The notes under the pieces were generated by a model. That model had not been told where the DNA came from, made no database searches, and saw only the letters and a program-made list of their open reading frames with translations. Shown here piece after piece: positions 38,829-46,806 of a stretch of 64,000 nt of DNA. The stretch's first letter is position 1. Every line of letters starts with the position of its first letter. The stretch comes from Candidatus Fraserbacteria bacterium (GTDB taxonomy: Bacteria > Bipolaricaulota > Bipolaricaulia > RBG-16-55-9 > DRXL01). Made by a program: the position numbers and the translations under genes. The DNA is taken from NCBI GenBank assembly GCA_947085185.1, contig CAMTVK010000019.1, positions 21,470-85,469 on the forward strand. Direction: 5' to 3'.

Positions 38829-40415
38829 ATGTACCCTTCACGCCGGAGCCCGCTGATCGCTCAACGAGGCGTCGTAGCCACGAGCCATCCTTTGGCTGTC
38901 CAAGCCGGGATTGAGATGCTCCGCCGCGGCGGCACCGCCGTGGACGCCGCGATCGCTACAGCGATCACGCTCACGGTCGTCGAGCCGACTTCCAATGGGA
39001 TCGGCAGCGACGCGTTTGCCATCGTGTGGGATGGGCAGAGACTGCATGGACTGAACGGTTCCGGGCGCGCCCCTCGCGCGCTCACGCTCCAAGCCGTCAG
39101 AGCGCTCGGCCACGAGACGATGCCTACACGCGGATGGCTCCCCGTCACCGTGCCGGGCGCCCCGGCAGCCTGGCGCGATCTCCACCGACGCTTTGGGAGA
39201 TTGCGCTTTACAGAGCTTTTTGAGCCCGCGATCTTCTATGCCGAGCACGGCTCTCCCGTCTCGCCCATCGTGGCTCAGTATTGGGAGCATGCCGTTCGAG
39301 CCTATGCCGAGCTGAAAGGCCCAGAGTTTGTCGCCTGGCATCAGACGTTTGCGCCGGGAGGGCACGCCCCTGGCGCCGGGGAGATCTTTGCCCTTCCCGA
39401 TCACGCCCACACGCTCCGTGCCCTTGCCCAGTCCTATTGCGAGGCGTTCTATCACGGCGAGTTGGCGCAAAAGCTCGTGCGCTTTGCCCACCAGACCGGC
39501 GGGTTCCTCTCAGAAAGAGATCTCCAAGAGCACACAAGCACGTGGGTCGAGCCGATCAAGACTGCGTATCGAGATTATGAAGTCTGGGAGATCCCCCCGA
39601 ATACTCAGGGGATCATCACCCTGATCGGGCTCAATATCTTAGAGGGCTTCGAGCTCGCCCGATATCCCCGCGACACGGCCGAGTCCTTTCATCTCCAGAT
39701 CGAAGCGTTAAAGCTTGCGTTTGCCGACGGGCTGCGATATATCGCTGACCCGCAGTTTGCTGCCGTACCCACAGAAAAATTATTGAGCAAAGCATACGCC
39801 GCCCAGCGCCGCGCGTTGATCTCAGACAAAGCTCTCATCCCCCAGCCGGGAGATAGATACTCTGGCGGGACCGTCTATCTCTGCACCGCTGATAGCAGCG
39901 GCATGATGGTCAGCTTCATCCAGTCCAATTATATGGGCTTTGGCTCTGGGATCGTCGTCCCCGGGACGGGGATCGCCTTGCAGAATCGCGGGGCATGCTT
40001 CTCGCTGGACCCCAAACACCCAAACTCTCTGGAGCCGGGCAAGCGCCCCTATCACACGATCATCCCCGGATTCCTTACCAAAGACGGTCAAGCTCTCGGG
40101 CCGTTTGGGGTCATGGGCGGATTCATGCAGCCCCAAGGACATATTCAGATGATCGTCAACACGGTAGACTATCGCATGGACCCCCAGGTGAGCTTAGACG
40201 CCCCGCGCTGGCAGTGGATCCAATCCCAAGAAGTCGAGATCGAGTCCGACGCCGACCCCAAGATCATTGAGGGCTTACGCGCCCGGGGGCATGACGTCAG
40301 AGTCCGCGAGCCAGGCGGACACTTCGGGCGCGGGCAAATTCTCTGGCGTTTGCCGTCAGGAGCGTACATCGCCGGCAGCGACAAGCGTGCCGATGGCTAC
40401 GCCGCGGGGATCTGA
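38829..40415 (+). CDS. Gamma-glutamyltransferase family protein (YwrD-like)
   Basis: GGTAVDAA, VVEPTSNGIGSD, catalytic TVYL, FGSG, KRPYHT, GVMGG.MQPQGH. Confidence 0.92.
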   Translation: MYPSRRSPLIAQRGVVATSHPLAVQAGIEMLRRGGTAVDAAIATAITLTVVEPTSNGIGSDAFAIVWDGQRLHGLNGSGRAPRALTLQAVRALGHETMPTRGWLPVTVPGAPAAWRDLHRRFGRLRFTELFEPAIFYAEHGSPVSPIVAQYWEHAVRAYAELKGPEFVAWHQTFAPGGHAPGAGEIFALPDHAHTLRALAQSYCEAFYHGELAQKLVRFAHQTGGFLSERDLQEHTSTWVEPIKTAYRDYEVWEIPPNTQGIITLIGLNILEGFELARYPRDTAESFHLQIEALKLAFADGLRYIADPQFAAVPTEKLLSKAYAAQRRALISDKALIPQPGDRYSGGTVYLCTADSSGMMVSFIQSNYMGFGSGIVVPGTGIALQNRGACFSLDPKHPNSLEPGKRPYHTIIPGFLTKDGQALGPFGVMGGFMQPQGHIQMIVNTVDYRMDPQVSLDAPRWQWIQSQEVEIESDADPKIIEGLRARGHDVRVREPGGHFGRGQILWRLPSGAYIAGSDKRADGYAAGI

Positions 40416-40416
40416 T

Positions 40417-40466
40417 TTGACAGCGCTCTCAATCTTTGATAATATACAGACCGACCAGTCGGTCTG
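40417..40466 (+). promoter_or_regulatory. Promoter and palindromic operator of the TetR gene
   Basis: TTGACA-17 nt-TAATAT followed by the perfect inverted repeat CAGACCGAC-CA-GTCGGTCTG (40447-40466). Confidence 0.8.
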
Positions 40467-40468
40467 CT

Positions 40469-41062
40469 ATGAGAGATAAAGAAGCCACACGCGAGCGCAT
40501 CTTACAAGCGGCCGAGCAGCTCTTTGCTGAGAAGGGCTTTCATGAGACGGCCATGGACGAGATCGTCCAGGTCTCACAAGTCTCCAAGGGCGGCCTGTAT
40601 TTTCACTTCTCTAGCAAAGAGGCGCTCTACTTTGCTCTGCTCGATCGGCTCGCTGAGAGCTTACAACGCGACGTCTCTCAAGAGATTGTGCGCCGGCGCG
40701 GCGCGGTCGAGAAAGTCCAAGGAGCTTTAGAAGTCGTCCTCAAACACCTCGCGAGCAAGCGCCGCTTAGCACAGATTCTCTTACGGCACGGCTATGGGCT
40801 GGGGCCAAGCTTCGAGCGCAAGCGCTTAGAGATTTATGGTCGGTTCGCTCGGCTCATCAGCGAGCACTTGGACCGAGCTGTAGCTGCTGGCTCGATTCCC
40901 CCTATCGATACGGAGATCACGGCGTATGCCTGGCTGGGCGCGATCAACGAGCTCATAGTGCGCTGGGTCTATACGGGGGAGCCGGACCCTCTGGAGCAAT
41001 CGCTGCCGGTGCTGACAACGCTCTTTTTGCGCAGCATCGGTACGAGACAGAATTCACTATAA
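40469..41062 (+). CDS. TetR/AcrR family transcriptional regulator
   Basis: RILQAA..LFAEKGFHET.MDEI...VSKGGLYFHF.SKE. Confidence 0.93.
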   Translation: MRDKEATRERILQAAEQLFAEKGFHETAMDEIVQVSQVSKGGLYFHFSSKEALYFALLDRLAESLQRDVSQEIVRRRGAVEKVQGALEVVLKHLASKRRLAQILLRHGYGLGPSFERKRLEIYGRFARLISEHLDRAVAAGSIPPIDTEITAYAWLGAINELIVRWVYTGEPDPLEQSLPVLTTLFLRSIGTRQNSL

Positions 41063-41079
41063 CTTAAAGGAGGCCATCT

Positions 41080-42336
41080 ATGCTCTCACGGCGGGATTTT
41101 CTGCGAGCGAGCGTTGGGGCGACTGTAGCAGTCTGGATGTGGGGTGGCTCGGGTGAATCTCAAGCGCAGCCTATTCGAATCGGGCATCAGCTAGACCGAA
41201 CCGGCGCGGTGGCGCTCTTTGGCCGCTGGCACAATCGCGCTCTTGACGCTGCTATCAGATTAGTCAACAAGCAGCACGGCATCAACGGCCGCCCTGTCGA
41301 ACTGGTGAACTCCGAGGACTCCCAAACCAAGCCCGACGTCGGCAAAGACGAGTTCGAAAAGTTGGTCACGCAAAAGAGAGCGGACTTTGTCATCGGCTCG
41401 GTCTTCTCCGGGACGAATATCGCGACGGCTCCGTTAGCAAAAACGCTGAAGACCGTCTACTTTCCCCAGGGGATCGCGACCGACATCACGGAACGATTTG
41501 GGAATCGCTATACTTTCAAGAGCTATCACACCGTGCGAGCGGCCATCGAAGCTGCGCACGAGTGGGTCTTTGCCAATCTGGGCAAGCGCTTTACGATCGT
41601 GCACTCCGTGATAGACTTGGGGCGCTCCCAAGCTGAAGACTGGACGGAGAAGATCAAGGCAGCCGGCGGCACAGTCGAGCGGATTCCCGTTCCCTTCCCC
41701 GCCCCAACGGATCTCTTCTCCATTATTCAGAAGATAGATCTCTCCAAGACCGATGTGCTCTATCATGCGTTCACGGCGGTCGAGACCGCACGCTTCCTGC
41801 AAGCCGCGCTCGATCAGAACCTCCAAGCCACAGTCAAAATCTTGGGATTGATCGAGGGCATAGATATTCTGAGCACGGCCGATCCGTCTCTAGAAGGGAC
41901 GTACTTTATCTCCGGGTATCCTCGACGTGCCGATCAGGTCCCGGAAGAGCTGCGCGACTTCGATCGAGAGTATCGTCGTCATGTGGGGATCACTCTTGAT
42001 GGGTTTTCTGTAGAAAATCCCCGTGAGGTCGTCCCGATCGCCGATCTCTTTGGGTCGTGGCAGGCGGTCTTCTTGATCAAGCAAGCCGCCGAGCTCGTGA
42101 ACTGGCGCAGTAAATCAGATACTCCCGCGCTCATCAGGGCGCTCGAAGGGCTGACCATGCCGGCAAGCGTGAACTTCCCCCAAGGGGCTCAGTTTCTGAG
42201 AGCCCAAGATCACTTGGTCTTCCACGATCACTATATAGAGAAAGTCGAGGGTGGGCAGCTTACAGTCTTGGCGCGCCTCCCCAAAGAAAAGTCGCTCTAC
42301 AAGACGAACGCCGATTACACCAAAGAAGAGTTCTGA
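41080..42336 (+). CDS. ABC substrate-binding protein (LivJ/K, periplasmic binding protein type 1) with Tat signal
   Basis: SRRDFLR twin-arginine motif; GINGRPVEL..ED; FVIGSVFS. Confidence 0.85.
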   Translation: MLSRRDFLRASVGATVAVWMWGGSGESQAQPIRIGHQLDRTGAVALFGRWHNRALDAAIRLVNKQHGINGRPVELVNSEDSQTKPDVGKDEFEKLVTQKRADFVIGSVFSGTNIATAPLAKTLKTVYFPQGIATDITERFGNRYTFKSYHTVRAAIEAAHEWVFANLGKRFTIVHSVIDLGRSQAEDWTEKIKAAGGTVERIPVPFPAPTDLFSIIQKIDLSKTDVLYHAFTAVETARFLQAALDQNLQATVKILGLIEGIDILSTADPSLEGTYFISGYPRRADQVPEELRDFDREYRRHVGITLDGFSVENPREVVPIADLFGSWQAVFLIKQAAELVNWRSKSDTPALIRALEGLTMPASVNFPQGAQFLRAQDHLVFHDHYIEKVEGGQLTVLARLPKEKSLYKTNADYTKEEF

Positions 42337-42337
42337 T

Positions 42338-43186
42338 TTGCTCTTGCTTGCGCTTCTTAATGGGCTGGTGTGGGGGTGTCTGTGGGCGCTGCTGGCGCTC
42401 GGGCTGGCGCTCATCTATGGGACGCTTGGGATACTCAATCTCTCTCACGGCGCGTTCTACATGGTGGGGGCGTTGCTGGGCTGGCTGCTGACTCCGGCCC
42501 TCGGTTTCTGGGGAGCTCTGGTGGTGGCCCCTGGGCTTGTGGGTCTTGCGGGATTGGCGCTGGCGCGCCTGACTAGGCTCGAGCGCAACACGACGGCAGC
42601 TCTTTTGATGACGTTTGCGCTCATGCTCATCATCCAACAGATCGCAGCGATTGCACTTCAAGCAGCGACGGGCGAGCTGCGCCATCCCATCGCATCTCCC
42701 GTGCGCTGGCCTATTCCCGTGGGCGATCGTTTTTATGACGGCTATCGTCTCATAGCAGCAGCAATAGCGAGCGCTGTGCTGATGGGACTGGGGGTATTGT
42801 GGGGTTTGACGCGTTGGGGGTGTTGCGTGCGCGCGGTGCGCGACAATCGTGATTTAGCATCTATTGTGGGTGTTCCTGTCCTGTGGGTGCAATGGGGGAC
42901 TTTCGGGCTGGGGGCAGCGCTCGCCGCGCTCGCCGGCGCTCTTGTGGGCCCTATAGCAAGAGAAGTCTCCCCCACCATGGGCGTTGAAGTCTTATTAGTG
43001 AGCGTATTGATCGCGGTAGCGGGCGGGATGGGGAGCTTTGGCGGAGCGTTGGCCGTCGCGTTTGTGTACAGTTTTTTGGAGAATCTTCTCACGGTGCTGG
43101 CCGATCCCATGCTCGCTCGCGCTAGCGCCCTGTTTGCTATTGGGCTGATCGCGCTCGTCCGCTCCCAAGGAGAGCTCTTCTCATGA
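42338..43186 (+). CDS. Branched-chain amino acid ABC permease (LivH-like); start uncertain
   Basis: LNGL..G..ALLALGLALIYG..GILNLSHG, GGMGS. Confidence 0.85.
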   Translation: MLLLALLNGLVWGCLWALLALGLALIYGTLGILNLSHGAFYMVGALLGWLLTPALGFWGALVVAPGLVGLAGLALARLTRLERNTTAALLMTFALMLIIQQIAAIALQAATGELRHPIASPVRWPIPVGDRFYDGYRLIAAAIASAVLMGLGVLWGLTRWGCCVRAVRDNRDLASIVGVPVLWVQWGTFGLGAALAALAGALVGPIAREVSPTMGVEVLLVSVLIAVAGGMGSFGGALAVAFVYSFLENLLTVLADPMLARASALFAIGLIALVRSQGELFS

Positions 43187-44088
43187 GGCGCTGGGCAGTA
43201 TTAGTCGGTCTTGCGGGTGCGATACTGCTGCCGTGGTTGTGGGAGGGTGCTGCCCTATGGGTGATCAATCTCTTCATCTGGAGTTTAGTTGCGCTCTCGC
43301 TCAACGTGCTGTACGGCTACACGGGATTGCTCAGCTTTGGGCAAGGGGTCTATATGGCGCTTGGCGCTTACGGAGCTGCGTGGGCGATCATCTACGCTCA
43401 GGCGAACTTCTGGGGGGCGCTCTTGTCAGGGCTGCTCTGTGCTCTTGTGGGAGCTCTCATAGTGGGCTGGGGGAGCGTGCGGGCGTCCGGGTATAGTTTT
43501 GTCGTGGTCACGCTGGTCACGGCGTTCATCTGTTATCTTGTCGCTCTGAGCGCGGACAGCATCACCGGGGGAGAGGACGGCATGTCCTTCCGCGCTCCGG
43601 CGCTGACGCTGTTTGGGCTGGCGCTCCCTGGGCACAGCGTAGGGGTGCGCTATTATCTGGCGCTGGGGGCGTTGCTTGTGGGTGTAGGCGTTGTGTATTT
43701 AGTGAGTCGGAGCTTGGTGGGGCTAGCGCTTCGAGCGGTGCGCGACGACGCAATCGCTGCGGCTTCACTGGGCTATGATATCTTCAAGGTCAAAGTATTT
43801 TCGTTTGTGCTTGCGGGGGGTCTGGCGGGGGTCGCAGGGGCGGTATGGGCGCTGTCGAAGGAGTTTGTGCGGGCCGGGCTGTTTCAGCCGTTTGGGGCAT
43901 TTATGGCCGCTCAGCCCGATCCGGACCCTCTGATCGCGGTGCTTGTTGGGGGAGCAGGGACGCTGCTTGGGCCGCTGTGGGGCACGGGAATTCTGTTAGT
44001 GCTGCGCGAGCTCTTTGGGAGCTTTTGGCCTCAAGGGTATGTGTTGGCCTTGGGGGTAGCGATCATAGTGCTTAGGCCACGGTATTAA
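43183..44088 (+). CDS. Branched-chain amino acid ABC permease (LivM-like)
   Basis: GYTGLLSFGQ, TGGEDG, VGGAGT..GP. Confidence 0.85.
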   Translation: MRRWAVLVGLAGAILLPWLWEGAALWVINLFIWSLVALSLNVLYGYTGLLSFGQGVYMALGAYGAAWAIIYAQANFWGALLSGLLCALVGALIVGWGSVRASGYSFVVVTLVTAFICYLVALSADSITGGEDGMSFRAPALTLFGLALPGHSVGVRYYLALGALLVGVGVVYLVSRSLVGLALRAVRDDAIAAASLGYDIFKVKVFSFVLAGGLAGVAGAVWALSKEFVRAGLFQPFGAFMAAQPDPDPLIAVLVGGAGTLLGPLWGTGILLVLRELFGSFWPQGYVLALGVAIIVLRPRY

Positions 44089-44534
44089 GCCCTTCTTAGG
44101 GTGCGGCGCAGCTCGCGCTCTTCTTCTCTCTTTTTGATCTTTTCGCGCTTGTCGTACTTGGCCAAGCCCTTGGCCAGAGCCAGCTCGACTTTTGCCCAAC
44201 TGTTCTTAAAGTAAATCCTGAGGGGGATGAGCGTATAGCCCTTCTCTTTGACTTTGCTCTGCAAGCGATAGACCTCTTGTTTTTTGAGTAAAAGCTTGCG
44301 CTTGCGCAGGGGGTCGGGGTTATAGCGATTGCCCTCTTGATAAGGGGCGATATAGACGTTCATCAAAAAAACTTCGCCGTTGCGGATGAAAGCGAAGCCG
44401 TCTTGCAAGCTGACGCTGCCTCGACGGAGAGACTTCACTTCGGTGCCCTTGAGCTCGATGCCGGCCTCGATGGTCTCTTCGATGCGATATTCGTGTCGGG
44501 CCTTACGGTTGGTAGCGACAGCTCTTTCGCTCAT
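44085..44534 (-). CDS. smpB: SsrA-binding protein
   Basis: NRKARHEY, EAGIELKGTEVKS, RKLLL, YDKRE. Confidence 0.97.
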   Translation of the reverse strand: MSERAVATNRKARHEYRIEETIEAGIELKGTEVKSLRRGSVSLQDGFAFIRNGEVFLMNVYIAPYQEGNRYNPDPLRKRKLLLKKQEVYRLQSKVKEKGYTLIPLRIYFKNSWAKVELALAKGLAKYDKREKIKKREEERELRRTLRRA

Positions 44535-44537
44535 ACG

Positions 44538-44611
44538 TGGCGGGGGAGGGACTCGAACCCTCTACCTGCCGCTTATGAGACGGCCGCTCTAGCCAGATGA
44601 GCTACCCCGCC
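44538..44611 (-). tRNA. tRNA (CAT), probably elongator tRNA-Met; CCA not encoded
   Basis: GGCGGGGTAGCTCA...GCCGT-CTCATAA-GCGGC...GGTTCGAGTCC..CCCGCCA. Confidence 0.9.
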
Positions 44612-44672
44612 ACTTTGTGGGCCTCTTAGTGTAGCACAAAGAGGGCCAGCTTGGCAACCTCTCTCGGTTTAG

Positions 44673-44701
44673 AAAAAAAGAGGGCGCTTTGTGCGCCCTC
44701 T
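44673..44701 (-). terminator. Rho-independent terminator after tRNA-fMet
   Basis: AGAGGGCGC-ACAAA-GCGCCCTCT followed by a T-run on minus strand. Confidence 0.8.
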
Positions 44702-44703
44702 GC

Positions 44704-44779
44704 TGGTTGCGGGGGCTGGATTCGAACCAGCAACCTCCGGGTTATGAGCCCGACGAGCTTCCTGTTGCTCCACCCCGCA
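44704..44779 (-). tRNA. Initiator tRNA-fMet (CAT), CCA encoded
   Basis: TGCGGGGTGGAGCA...TCGGG-CTCATAA-CCCGG (three G-C pairs)...CCCCGCAACCA; TGGTATAAT promoter just upstream. Confidence 0.92.
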
Positions 44780-44934
44780 GGCTTATTATACCACGGTGCT
44801 GCTCCACATGCAAGCCACAAGATCGCTCCCAAAGTCGCCAACTCCCCTCCCTCATGAGACAGAGCGCCCTTCCCTTCCCTCGTAACGTGCATTACTATAA
44901 CATAAGCAGACTCTCCCAAAGAAGGTGATACGGC

Positions 44935-45480
44935 GTGCGTGCGCGACTTATAGGAATCTCTCTAGTGCTCGGATTGATCGTGCTCTTCTGGTACGTTGGA
45001 CTCTACCGCCGCCCCAATCAGCTCCCCTCAGTCCAGACTCCATCCCCTTCTTTCAACGCCAGCCAGCCTCACATAGTAGCTCTTGCTGCTCCAGCAAGCC
45101 CGCCATGCCCCCACGATACGACCGACAACGGCATGCTGCGCGTGCGCGTGCGCGCCGTCAGCACCACCCAACAGATCGGCTTCTGGAGGCTCGATCCAGA
45201 TCGTCGCTTTGTGATTATCGAGGTCTTCTTAGAAGCGATCACGGATTTTCAGCTGGCCAGCTCAGCCGTGCTCTGGCTGGAAGAGCCCGACGGCACGGAG
45301 CGCACTCGCAGCGTCGCTACCGGGGCGCTGGCTCGCCCGTTGCTGTCGCTCAGCCCCGCACGGGGCGAAGGCGTCGGCGGCCAGGTCGCTTTTGAGATCA
45401 GCGCCCAGACCCGTGAGGTCAAACTCCACTATGACCCGTTCTTAGCGCGTCGACTCACTCTGTGCGTGAGCGTCCCGTAA
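44935..45480 (+). CDS. Membrane-anchored protein with an Ig-like (DUF4352-like) domain
   Basis: N-terminal TM; FVIIEV; GGQVAFEI...LHYDP. Confidence 0.55.
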   Translation: MRARLIGISLVLGLIVLFWYVGLYRRPNQLPSVQTPSPSFNASQPHIVALAAPASPPCPHDTTDNGMLRVRVRAVSTTQQIGFWRLDPDRRFVIIEVFLEAITDFQLASSAVLWLEEPDGTERTRSVATGALARPLLSLSPARGEGVGGQVAFEISAQTREVKLHYDPFLARRLTLCVSVP

Positions 45481-45537
45481 GTGTATAACCCCAGGCTACG
45501 CCGTCCCCGACGAGTGCGCCCACAGATCCCCCAAAGA

Positions 45538-46674
45538 CTAACTCACTGTCGCAAAGACTTCGAGCGCCGCGCGCACCCCAGCCCCAAGCTCGAACTTGTG
45601 CCCAAGCTTGCGCAACACGAGCTCTAATGCAGCGATCGTCCCCAGCACGTCCTTGGCACCAATATCCCCGATGTGCCCAATCCTGAAGATCTTGCCCTTG
45701 AGATGATCTTGCCCACCGGAGATCTTTATCCCAAAATCTGTGCGCAACGTCTCTAAAATCTCTTTACTGCTCAGGCCCTGGGGAACAGAGACAGCCGTGC
45801 AGACCGGCCCCGGCCGCTCACTGAACAACTCAAGATTCATAGCCAAGACCGCCGCTCGCGTCGCGCGTGCGTACAGCTCCGTGCGCGCCTGCAAGCGCTC
45901 CACCCCCTCTTCTAAGATCATAGTGAGCGCTTCGTCAAGAGCCATGATCAGAGAGATCGCGGGAGTGAAGGGCGTGAAATAGAGATTCTTCTTGGCCGTC
46001 TTGAAATCCCAATAGTACTTGGGCAGATCGGATCTGTCAACGCGCCCCCAGGCTCGCGCGCTCACGCTCACGAACGCCACCCCCGGCGGGACCATCAACG
46101 CCTTCTGTGACCCCGCAACGACACAGTCTACCCCCCACCGATCGGGCTCCAACGGCACCACCCCCAAGCCGCTGATCGCGTCTACTACAAGGAGCACGTC
46201 GCGCTCATTCGTGATTTGCGCGATCTTCTCGATATCGTAGACCGTCCCTGTGGAAGTCTCCGACAGCTGGGTGAAGACCGCGCGGACTTTGGGATGGGCG
46301 TCAAGGGCTTCTTCTATCTGCTCGGGGTGCACAGCCCTCCCCCACTCAATCTGAACTGTATGGTGCTTCACCCCAAAAGCTTGGCAGAGCTCGCGCCAGC
46401 GCTGCCCAAACTTGCCGCCCTCCACCACGAGGACCTCATCGTTGGTGCTTACGAGATTGGTGATACACGCCTCCATCGCCCCGGTGCCCGAGGACGTAAA
46501 GTACAAGATTGTATTTTGGGTGCGGAAGACTTGCTTGAGCTTGGCATCGACTCTCTGCAAGAGCTCGGCGAACTCCTCCCCGCGATGATAGATGATCTCT
46601 TGGCTTTCGGCAAGAGCCACACGGCGCGGGACGGTGACCGGGCCTGGGACCAGCAAAAAGTCGCGTTTGGGCAT
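45538..46674 (-). CDS. Class V PLP aminotransferase (serine-pyruvate/alanine-glyoxylate type)
   Basis: LVPGPV, SGTGAME, ETSTG, VDAIS, GSQKAL, FRIGH. Confidence 0.92.
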   Translation of the reverse strand: MPKRDFLLVPGPVTVPRRVALAESQEIIYHRGEEFAELLQRVDAKLKQVFRTQNTILYFTSSGTGAMEACITNLVSTNDEVLVVEGGKFGQRWRELCQAFGVKHHTVQIEWGRAVHPEQIEEALDAHPKVRAVFTQLSETSTGTVYDIEKIAQITNERDVLLVVDAISGLGVVPLEPDRWGVDCVVAGSQKALMVPPGVAFVSVSARAWGRVDRSDLPKYYWDFKTAKKNLYFTPFTPAISLIMALDEALTMILEEGVERLQARTELYARATRAAVLAMNLELFSERPGPVCTAVSVPQGLSSKEILETLRTDFGIKISGGQDHLKGKIFRIGHIGDIGAKDVLGTIAALELVLRKLGHKFELGAGVRAALEVFATVS

Positions 46675-46806
46675 AGGGCCTCCTTCTGCATCCTCATCCC
46701 GACACAAAGAAGGGAGAGGATACGGGGGTTAGGTCTCAGTCTACACCATCGCATGGGAAACTTGCAACCGAGAACTTCACACTGTTATAATCGAGCACGT
46801 TGAACT

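Noticed and set aside
44085..44930. tmRNA beside smpB
   Set aside because: Both tRNA-like sequences are complete CAT-anticodon cloverleaves; there is no tag frame or Ala acceptor stem
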